From a virus (Duplodnaviria; Caudoviricetes): 64,000 nt of DNA. The notes under the pieces are model-generated. The model made no database searches. It worked only from the letters and a program-made list of their open reading frames with translations, and was not told the DNA's origin. The translations under genes were made by a program, and so were the position numbers. This document shows, in pieces, positions 48,358 through 57,270 of the stretch; positions within the stretch are counted from its first letter, which is position 1; each line of letters begins with the position of its first letter. The stretch lies in the IMG/VR virus record IMGVR_UViG_3300028887_000067, positions 192,001 to 256,000 of that record. One strand, 5' to 3'.

Positions 48358-48416
48358 AATAGGCTCGCGGTTCGTTTTGATGTAGTTTATAAGATTGAAC
48401 TAAATAGGAACCACGC

Positions 48417-49370
48417 ATGACACCGGAAAACATCTCTGATAGGGAATCCAAGTTCGCTCTGAAGCTTGTCGATTCCAACGCTAAACAGTTCACCGCAGGC
48501 GATGCCATCGACATCGGCGGTGGATTCAGCATCACGCCGTTGACCACTAACATCAGCTCGTACTACTACAAGACTCCGACCACGAAGACACAGATATGTC
48601 TCCATTTCACGGTCGGCATGATCCAGTCGGACATAGCCACGCTGACGAGGGCGAACAACCATATGTCCGTGCAGTACGTGGTCGACCGCCTCGGACACAT
48701 CTACAGGCTATTCCCCGACGAGTTCTGGAGCTACCATCTTGGCGCGAGCGCGGTCGGCGGCAACGCGGCTATGTCGAAACAGTCCATCGGTATCGAGATT
48801 TCGAACTACGGCCCGCTCAAGCTCAACGGGGCCAAGTATGAAGATGTCTACGGCAGTACCTATACGACGGACGACTCGCTCGTAGACAAGGTGTCCTTCC
48901 GTGGTTACGACTACTACGCCAAGATGTCCGAACGACAGAAGGAAGCCGTGGCGCGTCTGGCCGTGTACATCTCCAAGAAACACGGGATCCCGCTCGACTT
49001 CAAGGAATTCTTGTCCGAACCGTTCAAGAGCAAGGAGGACGCGCTCGCGTTCCGTGGGATATTCTGTCACTGCCATGTCCGCAGCGACAAGTACGACCTG
49101 CCTCCCGAACAGGCGATGCAGATCAAGGACGCGATAGCCGCCGTCACCAGCCCAGTTGCCGAACCGGCGCAGGAACCCGTACAGGAGCCGGAAAAGGAAC
49201 CCGATAAAGAGCCGGAAAAGGAACCGGAAAAAGAGACAGAAAAGGAGGCCGAACCGCAACAGGCGCCCTCCGTGGAAAGTCGTCCGGAACCTGTCCGGCA
49301 AGTTGAACCGCCTGCACGCCTGCCGTGGTGGCAACGGCTTCTTGAAATTCTTCGCGACGCGTTCCGCTAA
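48417..49370 (+). CDS. N-acetylmuramoyl-L-alanine amidase (Amidase_2; endolysin candidate)
   Basis: LHFT, 'S..YVVDR.G.I', 'WSYHLG', SIGIEI, 'H..VRSDK.D'; (EPEK)n linker; amphipathic C-terminal helix. Confidence 0.88.
   Translation: MTPENISDRESKFALKLVDSNAKQFTAGDAIDIGGGFSITPLTTNISSYYYKTPTTKTQICLHFTVGMIQSDIATLTRANNHMSVQYVVDRLGHIYRLFPDEFWSYHLGASAVGGNAAMSKQSIGIEISNYGPLKLNGAKYEDVYGSTYTTDDSLVDKVSFRGYDYYAKMSERQKEAVARLAVYISKKHGIPLDFKEFLSEPFKSKEDALAFRGIFCHCHVRSDKYDLPPEQAMQIKDAIAAVTSPVAEPAQEPVQEPEKEPDKEPEKEPEKETEKEAEPQQAPSVESRPEPVRQVEPPARLPWWQRLLEILRDAFR
49160..49260 (+). repeat. Degenerate 12-bp tandem repeat coding an EPxK/EPxQ linker
   Basis: gaaccggcgcag gaacccgtacag gagccggaaaag gaacccgataaa gagccggaaaag gaaccggaaaaa. 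Confidence 0.7.
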
Positions 49371-49398
49371 GTTCAACCGTAATTGCTATATTTGCACC

Positions 49399-49893
49399 AT
49401 GATCGACATTACAAAGACACACGCATTCTTTTTCACCGAGTGGCCGTCCAACTTCTACTATACGACCATCGAATACAAGGGGCAGAAGTTCTTCTGTTCC
49501 GAGCAGGCGTTCATGTGGGAAAAGGCCAAGTATTTCAAGGACGAGGAAACCGCCTCCCTCATCCTTATGGTCGATACGCCTATGAAGGCAAAGCAGCTTG
49601 GGCGTAAAGTCCGTAACTACGTCGATTCTGAATGGGACAAGGTGCGGTTCGACGTTATGTACGAGGTCAACTTGGCCAAGTTCTCCCAGAACGATGAGCT
49701 GAAGCGCAAGCTGCTCGACCCGAAGTTCGACGGCAAGACCTTCGTCGAGGCGTCTCCCTACGACAACATCTGGGGAATCAAGATAGGCCTCGGAGATGCC
49801 CGCCTTCACGACGAAAAGAACTGGATGGGGCAGAATCTCCTCGGTAAGGTCATCACGAAAGTCCGCGAAACCCTCAAGTCGGAAAGTAAGTGA
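49399..49893 (+). CDS. NADAR (YbiA/DUF1768) family protein, predicted leaderless
   Basis: SNFY, SEQAFM..KA..F.D, AKQLGRKV, KFSQN, EASPYDNIWGI, GQNLLG; TGC-TATATT-N6-ATG. Confidence 0.93.
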   Translation: MIDITKTHAFFFTEWPSNFYYTTIEYKGQKFFCSEQAFMWEKAKYFKDEETASLILMVDTPMKAKQLGRKVRNYVDSEWDKVRFDVMYEVNLAKFSQNDELKRKLLDPKFDGKTFVEASPYDNIWGIKIGLGDARLHDEKNWMGQNLLGKVITKVRETLKSESK

Positions 49894-50393
49894 TGGCTAC
49901 CGCAGTCTTCTATGTCGTGTTTGCCGTTCTGGGATTCGTCGTGCTGGCGCTGTCCCTTCGGAACGACTTCGCCGGACGGTCGCGTGACATAGTGGACGCG
50001 TGGTATGCCAGTACTGTAGACAAGATCAAGAAATACGCCGAGCTGGAATGCGGATGGAACGGATACGACGCCCCGATGATACCCCCCGAGGTCATCGCGT
50101 TCAGTCTCGCAGTGGTCGAGGAAATGAAGTCGTCCGGCCCGTGGGTCGCCCTGTGGGAGGTGTTCCCGACGGGGAGGGAGACCATACAATTCGAAACGAG
50201 CCAGACGGCCTATGTCGAAGTGGAAATATACAAGAAATACGCTGTGCTGTTCGACCAGAGCAAGAAGAGCAACAGCGAACAGGTATTGCATGCTTTCGAC
50301 GCCAAGGACGTCGTCGAAAAGATGAGGTCGGCGACGAAAGTCCCTCTCATGAAGAAACTCAGTTGGTATTGGTATGGCGACACTCAACAATAA
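49893..50393 (+). CDS. Membrane-anchored hypothetical protein
   Basis: N-terminal TM; 'L..GWNGYDA..I' motif. Confidence 0.6.
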   Translation: MATAVFYVVFAVLGFVVLALSLRNDFAGRSRDIVDAWYASTVDKIKKYAELECGWNGYDAPMIPPEVIAFSLAVVEEMKSSGPWVALWEVFPTGRETIQFETSQTAYVEVEIYKKYAVLFDQSKKSNSEQVLHAFDAKDVVEKMRSATKVPLMKKLSWYWYGDTQQ

Positions 50394-51582
50394 ATATGAT
50401 GTCCTGCTTGTCGGGGCCGGGCTGTTCAACGCGGTTCTCGCGTGCAGGTTGCAGAAAATGGGGCTTTCCGTACTTGTAGTCGAGAAGCGGAAAGGGGAGG
50501 ACGCTATCGGCGGCAATTGCTCGACAAGGAATATGGGTGGAATCCACGTGCATACGTACGGGGCGCACATCTTCCACACGTCGGACGAGTCCGTATGGAA
50601 TTTCGCAAACAAGTTTGCCAAGTTCACCCCATTTGTCAACAGCCCCGTAGCTATGGTGACTACTGACCACGACCAGGCTCCTCGTCGCGCAAATACCTCG
50701 GAAAAGGTCGTTCTGCCCCGCAAATATTACGCGTACAACCTCCCGTTCAACATGAACACGTTTGCACGCCTGTTCAACGAGACCGACCCTTGCATAGTCA
50801 AGTGTATCATCAATGAGGAAACTGCCCCGTACGTCAAGCCCGAGTACGCGAACCTCGAGGAGAAGGCTCTTTCGATGGTTGGCCCGACCATCTACGAGAC
50901 GTTCATCAAGCACTACACCGAAAAGCAGTGGGGACGCCCGTGTACCGAATTGTCCCCCGATATCATAACGCGCATCCCGCTCCGGTTCACCTACGACAAC
51001 AACTATTTTACGGACACGTACCAGGGAATCCCTGTCGGTGGGTACAGCCAATGGATCAAGAATATGTTCGGCGATGCCCACATAATCACGGGCGTCAATT
51101 TCCTCGAACACACGGAAGACCTTATCCCCATCGCGAGCCACGTATTTTATTCCGGACGGGTAGACGACTTCTTCAAGCGCAAGTACGGGGAACTGGAATA
51201 CAGGAGCCTTAGCTTCGACATCCGTTTCGAGCCGACGGACAATTACCAAGGTGTTGCCGTGGCCAACTGGCCGGGGCCGGAAGTCCCTTACACGAGGACA
51301 ATCGAACACAGACATTTCATGTCGGCCGAAGAGCAGAAGTCCATAGAGCATAAGGGCACGTACATCACGACGGAATACCCATCCAAAATGTACACATACA
51401 GCGAGCCGTTCTACTCGGTGAACGACGCGAAGAACAACGCCTTGTACGCGAAGTATCTAGCGGAATGCCCCGACTATATGACGTTTGTCGGCCGGCTGGG
51501 AATGTACAAGTACAACGACATGGACGACACCATACTGCAGGCGTTAAATATCGACTTGTCGCGGTTTGCTAAAAAATTATGA
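50374..51582 (+). CDS. glf: UDP-galactopyranose mutase
   Basis: VGAGL FAD motif, IGGNC, H.YGAHIFHT, YTEKQWG, YF.DTYQGIP..GY, YTR.IEH, GRLG.YKY.DMD. Confidence 0.95.
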   Translation: MATLNNKYDVLLVGAGLFNAVLACRLQKMGLSVLVVEKRKGEDAIGGNCSTRNMGGIHVHTYGAHIFHTSDESVWNFANKFAKFTPFVNSPVAMVTTDHDQAPRRANTSEKVVLPRKYYAYNLPFNMNTFARLFNETDPCIVKCIINEETAPYVKPEYANLEEKALSMVGPTIYETFIKHYTEKQWGRPCTELSPDIITRIPLRFTYDNNYFTDTYQGIPVGGYSQWIKNMFGDAHIITGVNFLEHTEDLIPIASHVFYSGRVDDFFKRKYGELEYRSLSFDIRFEPTDNYQGVAVANWPGPEVPYTRTIEHRHFMSAEEQKSIEHKGTYITTEYPSKMYTYSEPFYSVNDAKNNALYAKYLAECPDYMTFVGRLGMYKYNDMDDTILQALNIDLSRFAKKL

Positions 51583-51650
51583 AATGTGTCATAGCATTTC
51601 AATGGAAATATAGCAAATAATTCGATAATTGTGCAAAATAAATACTATGT

Positions 51651-52694
51651 ATGGTGAAGGCGGCACTTCGCCGCAGGAAGCTGGACCTTGAAATCCGGCA
51701 GAAGTGCATTGAGGCCGGCAAGGCAATCCCGAAGCGTGTAGCCTACCGGCTCGACCACAAGCCTAGCATGCCTAGGACTGCCAAGGCGAACGCAGAAATT
51801 AACTCGATATGCTGCTCGGTACAGGACGGCGAGCATACGACGTTCTCGATATGGGTCGAACTGAAGTCGATGTTTTCGTGCGATGAGTACGCGAGAGGAT
51901 ATTCAATCCAGATTCCGTTGAAGCGGACGAAGATGGACGACAAATGGAGGGCGGGTGAACACGAAATATTGCCGTCCATCCTGCTGTCCGACAATGCGAT
52001 ACATATAAGGTATCGTCGTCCGGTCCCCGAATGCAAGGGAGAACGGATAACTGGTCTAGATCAGGGGGTGCGCCGCATGCTTACCGCATCTGACGGCACG
52101 GTAATTCCTGATGACGGGCATGGGTTCAAGCACGTACTGCGGAAGATAGCCAGGAAGAGGCGCGGTTCAAAGGCATATCAGCGTGCGCTGAAGGAGAGAG
52201 CAAATTATGTATTCCATTCCATCAAGCAGGTGGACTGGTCGGTATACAAGCTGATCAACCTAGAAAGACATTTCGACATTAAACGGGGAAGGAAAACAAG
52301 CAGGATGCTTACCGCCTTCTCCAACCCACAAATACGCAATGCGTTGTACATGCGGACAACCGAAGAGTTGGGCGTCCCACTCCAGGAAGTCGATAACGTA
52401 TGCAATTCGTTGCGGTGTCCAATGGACGGCTGGGTGCATGTAAAGAACAGACCTAAGAAAGGAGTCGTATTCCGCTGCTGCAAATGCGGATACATCGACG
52501 ATGCGGACAAGGTAGGTGCAATCAACGCCAACCTCCATGCAAATGGTCTGCCCGACTGCAGTCACGCACTCGTATTCACGTGGAAGCTGCATAAGAAGTT
52601 CGGATTCTTCTGGACTAATGAAGGCTTCTTCGATGAAAAAGGAAATCCTATTTCCGTGGTCGGGAGTTCACAGTCCCCGACAGGCCTAAAATAA
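51651..52694 (+). CDS. tnpB: Divergent, N-terminally short TnpB-like nuclease
   Basis: GLDQG RuvC-I, INLE RuvC-II, CP.DG and C..CG zinc finger, DAD..GA.N RuvC-III; 3' GGGAGTTCACAGTCCCC and CTAGAA..TTCTAG hairpins; in-frame stop just upstream. Confidence 0.75.
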   Translation: MVKAALRRRKLDLEIRQKCIEAGKAIPKRVAYRLDHKPSMPRTAKANAEINSICCSVQDGEHTTFSIWVELKSMFSCDEYARGYSIQIPLKRTKMDDKWRAGEHEILPSILLSDNAIHIRYRRPVPECKGERITGLDQGVRRMLTASDGTVIPDDGHGFKHVLRKIARKRRGSKAYQRALKERANYVFHSIKQVDWSVYKLINLERHFDIKRGRKTSRMLTAFSNPQIRNALYMRTTEELGVPLQEVDNVCNSLRCPMDGWVHVKNRPKKGVVFRCCKCGYIDDADKVGAINANLHANGLPDCSHALVFTWKLHKKFGFFWTNEGFFDEKGNPISVVGSSQSPTGLK

Positions 52695-52828
52695 CTAGAA
52701 GCATTTTATATGATTTCTAGTAACTGTAATATATTGCTTTTTTTGCCTTCCGGCCACCCGTTAGACAGGGTATTTTTAGCGAAATATGCAATATATTGCT
52801 GTTTTCGGCGAATATTTTAGCTGCATAA

Positions 52829-53287
52829 CTATCTTGCTTCCGGCCAGAGCGTCCGTATGGCGGTCAACGTCTTGTTGAACGTCTCTATCTTGTCGTCGCC
52901 GGTAACGTCGACCATGGCGAGCTTGTTCTCCGTCATTCCGAACTGGTCCATCTGTTTGAACGTCTCAAGATACAGGCCGTTGTACTTCGGCGCGTCGAGG
53001 TCGAAATCCGATATCGGCTTCTCCCGTGTTCGGATCCGGCGCATCAGTTCCTCACTATCCGTGTTGACCATAAAGATGACGATTACGTCGTTGTTCTTCA
53101 GGTATTCACGGATATTGTTCGTGCGGGTGACCATGTTGATATCGAACATCATATTCGCCGATATCGTGTCGCGGTCGCGATCCTTGATTTTCACCGGAAT
53201 GTAATGGCTTTGAAAATACTCGTCCAATGCCTTTATGACGGTGCTCTTGCCGACTCCGTCAGTACCTTCTATCACTATCGTCTTCAT
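52829..53287 (-). CDS. P-loop nucleoside/nucleotide kinase (dTMP-kinase/NadR-kinase-like)
   Basis: IVIEGTDGVGKST, DR and RI..R motifs. Confidence 0.75.
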   Translation of the reverse strand: MKTIVIEGTDGVGKSTVIKALDEYFQSHYIPVKIKDRDRDTISANMMFDINMVTRTNNIREYLKNNDVIVIFMVNTDSEELMRRIRTREKPISDFDLDAPKYNGLYLETFKQMDQFGMTENKLAMVDVTGDDKIETFNKTLTAIRTLWPEAR

Positions 53288-53835
53288 ATCTTAGCCTCCT
53301 TGTTCCACTTCACCAGCGTGGCTACGGCGAGCGCAGTCCACACTATATACAGGCCCAACAAGTACAGAGCCTGGTTCGGGAGCATCCAGAATTCCACGAC
53401 GTAAGCAATGTCGTTCACGAGCCACACGACCCACGCTTCGACCTTCCGGAGCGCCATGAGCCAGAGAGCGACGAACGTGGTCACCGTTGTGAATGCGTCG
53501 ATGAACGGCAACGGGTCGTCTGTGTTGCGCAGGATGACGCTCGCCACGGCAACCGCCAATACAGTGAGGACTATTACGGCCGTTGCCTGAATCGCGGTAC
53601 AGTACCTGATGGCCGACTCGGCGCGTCCCCACTGCCACCACGCGTATGCGCATATGCCTACCATTATGCCGTTCTGTACCAGGTCGCCGTACAGGCTGTT
53701 CATATACGAGAACGCGATCAGGGCGACAAGCTGGACGATGTAGACTATCCAGTTGCACCTCTTGTTCATGAGAACGAGGATTCCCTGGGCAAGCCCGAGT
53801 GCCGTAGCCAATATTTCGACCTGTGCCGATGTCAT
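53284..53835 (-). CDS. pnuC: PnuC-family nicotinamide riboside/vitamin transporter
   Basis: Multi-TM; 'LYGD..QN', 'WWQW', 'PFIDAFTT', 'RKVEAWVVWLVND'. Confidence 0.88.
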   Translation of the reverse strand: MTSAQVEILATALGLAQGILVLMNKRCNWIVYIVQLVALIAFSYMNSLYGDLVQNGIMVGICAYAWWQWGRAESAIRYCTAIQATAVIVLTVLAVAVASVILRNTDDPLPFIDAFTTVTTFVALWLMALRKVEAWVVWLVNDIAYVVEFWMLPNQALYLLGLYIVWTALAVATLVKWNKEAKI

Positions 53836-54380
53836 CTTGCGACTCCCCTGCTTAATCTATGCAGCTCGTCCAGGCACGCGTCTCGGGCGGCTGTCGCCGA
53901 CTCGAACTCGTGGAACCTGATTTGCGGGTTGATTGCCTTCGCCTGTAGGAACGGGTACCAATAAGGATGGTGGATCTGGCCGTCTAGGCCGACCGCAGTC
54001 GAGTCTACCTCTGTTTTCCTAATGGACTTTACGTAGTACACGTCGATATGTTTCAGCTCCGTCGCGGCGAACACGAGCTCGGCGAGCGTACCCGGCGCGT
54101 CCACGCCGTCGGGGAAGACGAGGAATACGTGGGTGGCATCCTTGATGGCTTCTATCTCGGCCTCGACCACGTCGGACGGGCCTAAGCCACGCTTGTAGTA
54201 ATAGAACGGACCGACGTAGTCAACCTCGCCGATGGCGACCGACGGACCCTTTTGCTCGATGAACGGGTCGCCGACGAACGAGTACCTGAAATCCTTCTTG
54301 ATGTTTTCCTCGGAAAACTCGGCGTACTTGAATGAGAACGGTCCGCCTATGTAGACCCTAGGCCTGTTGTTGCTGTTCAT
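53832..54380 (-). CDS. Nucleoside 2-deoxyribosyltransferase-like (NDT/SLOG-like) protein
   Basis: VYIGGPF, 'EIEAI..A', 'APGT.AEL.FA'. Confidence 0.65.
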   Translation of the reverse strand: MNSNNRPRVYIGGPFSFKYAEFSEENIKKDFRYSFVGDPFIEQKGPSVAIGEVDYVGPFYYYKRGLGPSDVVEAEIEAIKDATHVFLVFPDGVDAPGTLAELVFAATELKHIDVYYVKSIRKTEVDSTAVGLDGQIHHPYWYPFLQAKAINPQIRFHEFESATAARDACLDELHRLSRGVAR

Positions 54381-54735
54381 GGTATAGTCCTAACATTTTG
54401 AGTGTTGCTTCCATATCGACGTCCGGATAATACTTCTTCCAGGTGTCGTATGCGTCGAGCGGCTTATCCGGCTTTGTAAATCGGGCGCACTCCCAGTCGA
54501 GTGCTGCCTGCACCTTGTCCTTGATGTCGCCGGTGCTCCTGTGATAATGGTGGTTTGACCATGCCCGGTGAAGAACCTGTGTCAGGCGCTTGCCGAACAA
54601 GATATACATCGGGACCTTGTCGAGGTCGTGAAACGGGAACGAGAACCCCTTTTCCTTTGCGAGCTTCTGCAACGCCCTATGATGGTCGAGCGTGTACTTG
54701 ATTAGCGCGATACGGGACTTCAATGTCTTAATCAT
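54358..54735 (-). CDS. DUF5662/HD-like small protein, predicted leaderless
   Basis: HDLDK, H...S.HH, DWECAR.TKPDKPL.A; TGC-TATATT-N6-ATG. Confidence 0.7.
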   Translation of the reverse strand: MIKTLKSRIALIKYTLDHHRALQKLAKEKGFSFPFHDLDKVPMYILFGKRLTQVLHRAWSNHHYHRSTGDIKDKVQAALDWECARFTKPDKPLDAYDTWKKYYPDVDMEATLKMLGLYHEQQQQA

Positions 54736-54822
54736 AGCCCAAATATAGCAATTTGCTGTTTAAACCGATTGATGCTATATTTAGGCGTGCATTCTTAAAC
54801 AACCATTATCAATGGAGCTTTT

Positions 54823-55335
54823 ATGTCCGCTTTTGAAACCAAAGGAATCCTCGTGTCCAAGCAGGACGCCGTAATCAAGGAAACCCGCGTAACCAAGCTG
54901 AAATTCAAGATAACCTCTCCGGGATCGGTACGATCCTTCGCCCGTGCCCTGCAGACCGAATGCAAGGTCGACGGCGTCATCTCGGCGACCGATTCCACCA
55001 GCGGAAACTGGTCCTACAAGGTCAACACTAAGGAATACTGCATCTACCTCAAGTTCTGCTTCGGTACCGAACTGGAGAACATCACCGAGTTTGACGGCCA
55101 GCTCGTCGGCGCGTCATTCTCCCATTCCATGAAGGAAGTCAAGGAAGAGCTCGTCGAGAAGTCGTCCTGCACCATAGAGATCCTGAAGGAGCGAGACACC
55201 GACGCCGACTTCAAGCTTGGCGAATACATCAAACGAACCATCACCGACGAGAAGACCAACAAGAAGATACTTGTCACGATGGTACTTTCTGCCGACCCGA
55301 TTCCACAAAACCCGATTATAGGCACGGAAATCTAA
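54823..55335 (+). CDS. Hypothetical protein
   Basis: GGAG RBS; TGCTATATTT promoter motif upstream. Confidence 0.65.
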   Translation: MSAFETKGILVSKQDAVIKETRVTKLKFKITSPGSVRSFARALQTECKVDGVISATDSTSGNWSYKVNTKEYCIYLKFCFGTELENITEFDGQLVGASFSHSMKEVKEELVEKSSCTIEILKERDTDADFKLGEYIKRTITDEKTNKKILVTMVLSADPIPQNPIIGTEI

Positions 55336-55336
55336 A

Positions 55337-56212
55337 ATGCAAAAATTCCTGATATCTTCCGACATAGGCGGTGCAAGCCTTACCAAGGGCGCCCTAGAGT
55401 ATATTCTCGACCATAATGGCGAAGCCGGCACTGACAACAAGTATTCGGAATCCAACGGATGCGTGTATAGGGAGTATACCCTTGGGTATACCGGCGCTCG
55501 GGAAACATGGCCCAGCCCGCTGTATACGGAATGGTATCAGCTCTACAAGGAGCAGACCCCGACCGAATCAGTCCGTCCGTTCAACGAAATTCCACTCGAC
55601 GCATCGGTCCAACTGCCCACAAGCAACTGCCTGAGAAACTTGTTGCCGCAGGGAATGACGCAATCCGTGTATGACGCGTACGTCCCGAGCGAATATTTCA
55701 GTGAGCTTGACCGGCTCAACGGTGGATGCCGTCTCCGCATCGTCACCGTGCCGGAAGGCGCCGACGTGTATATTGTCTCCGATGACGACATGGGATGCGA
55801 GCGGGTCGAGGAATTTCACCGTTCTTGGTCTGTACAGCCTGACGACGAAATCGCTTTTGTTGAAACGGTAAAGAGACTTTCGTCAGTTTTTGAACATGAC
55901 CCGATCAAACCGAATCAAGTAGTGGACACCGATGAAATCCAGTTCGTTCACCGTGGCTGTAAAGGCGACGGCGTCCTCTTCGTGCATAATGGACGCGAGG
56001 GCATCGCCGTGTCCAAGAAAACGGGCAAGGTTGCTTTGCTCGTGCTCGCCGAATATTTCTGTGAGACGGACATACACCCGAAAAGTTGGTTCGAAATTGT
56101 CGGCGCGGAAAAGGATCACATCACGTCACAGTACGGAATGCTGTTCAAAATGAAAGAGATGAAATCATATATGGACTTGTGGACGCTACTCCAGCAACGG
56201 CTGAACAAATAG
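55337..56212 (+). CDS. Hypothetical protein
   Basis: 291-aa ORF in operon. Confidence 0.65.
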   Translation: MQKFLISSDIGGASLTKGALEYILDHNGEAGTDNKYSESNGCVYREYTLGYTGARETWPSPLYTEWYQLYKEQTPTESVRPFNEIPLDASVQLPTSNCLRNLLPQGMTQSVYDAYVPSEYFSELDRLNGGCRLRIVTVPEGADVYIVSDDDMGCERVEEFHRSWSVQPDDEIAFVETVKRLSSVFEHDPIKPNQVVDTDEIQFVHRGCKGDGVLFVHNGREGIAVSKKTGKVALLVLAEYFCETDIHPKSWFEIVGAEKDHITSQYGMLFKMKEMKSYMDLWTLLQQRLNK

Positions 56213-56218
56213 GAGGTT

Positions 56219-56623
56219 ATGGTGCCAGCAAATATGGAAAAATCGCTACCTGTTGTACAATCGTCGACAGCTGAGCGGGAAGCTAACATCATCAACTATT
56301 GTATAAAGTTGCAGAAAAAGATCAAGTATTGCGACACCGCTATGGCTGTATTGCATGCCTTGATTGTAGTCGACGCGGTGTCGTTATTTTTCTCAATGCT
56401 AATATACGCAAGCGCGGATGCCGCTTTGGCCGGCGTTATTTTTGTGGTATCTCTCAGCCTCGCGCCATTGTTGATACTGGGCATCATTTTCTGTCCTACT
56501 CCGAATCCATACGGAACCCAGCTCATGGTAGCGGCAAACAAGTTGCCGAACAACACGGATGCAATGATGCACTTGAAACGCCGACTCATCGACGAAGCCG
56601 AAGACGCCATAAAATGGCATTAA
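56219..56623 (+). CDS. Two-TM membrane protein
   Basis: GGAGG RBS; two hydrophobic helices. Confidence 0.65.
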   Translation: MVPANMEKSLPVVQSSTAEREANIINYCIKLQKKIKYCDTAMAVLHALIVVDAVSLFFSMLIYASADAALAGVIFVVSLSLAPLLILGIIFCPTPNPYGTQLMVAANKLPNNTDAMMHLKRRLIDEAEDAIKWH

Positions 56624-57270
56624 TCGTCCCAGAACTTCTCGATCGTTCCGACCAGTGCGTATTTACGCAACGCGCTTATGCAGGAATGGTATGACGAGTA
56701 GTGGTTCTGCACATTGAGAGCAATGTCCTTCAATGTCGCTCCCGGATTCGCCTGCACGTATTCCTTGGCGCGTGCGATGAAACGCGAGAACGAAGTTGAC
56801 CTGGAGCCGGCCTGTGTGCCGGCTTCAAGCTTTTTGTCCATGTGCCTGAGTTCGGGAAGCCAGAAATCGAGGTCGCCCGGCAATGGTTCGGCTTTCAGGG
56901 CGATTCTTGCGAACCTCTGGGGCGTGTCGTCGAGTATTCCCTGGTATTCGCCAACCATTATATAGCCAATCCCCAGTGCGCGGAGCACCTGTCTGGCATC
57001 GTTGTTCAGCGTACAAGGACAGGCGACATACACACGTGTGGCTGTATCGAGCCACCTGGTCGCTTGCGCAATGACCTTGATGTTCAGCTGTTTCTTGAGC
57101 TCGATAGCGATCACCTCGCCGTCGTTGAAGTATACCAGGTCGCACGAACCCGATCCGCCGATGCCTACTTCCTCGGCCATCTCCATGCCCTTGAAAAGGT
57201 TGGCGTCCTTTATGGCGCGTCCTACCTCTACCTCGCTAATGTCGAACTTGAATTGCTTGCGTCGTCTCAT
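56620..57270 (-). CDS. PD-(D/E)XK nuclease-like protein (MmcB/DUF2161-like), predicted leaderless
   Basis: E..., CDLV, AIELK..L, 'QA', 'YVA.P', LGIG; TATATT-N6-ATG. Confidence 0.7.
   Translation of the reverse strand: MRRRKQFKFDISEVEVGRAIKDANLFKGMEMAEEVGIGGSGSCDLVYFNDGEVIAIELKKQLNIKVIAQATRWLDTATRVYVACPCTLNNDARQVLRALGIGYIMVGEYQGILDDTPQRFARIALKAEPLPGDLDFWLPELRHMDKKLEAGTQAGSRSTSFSRFIARAKEYVQANPGATLKDIALNVQNHYSSYHSCISALRKYALVGTIEKFWDD

Noticed and set aside
52725-52828. AT-rich gap with two AATATATTGCT copies as a replication origin
   Set aside because: Only two copies in a short gap between convergent genes; insufficient evidence.
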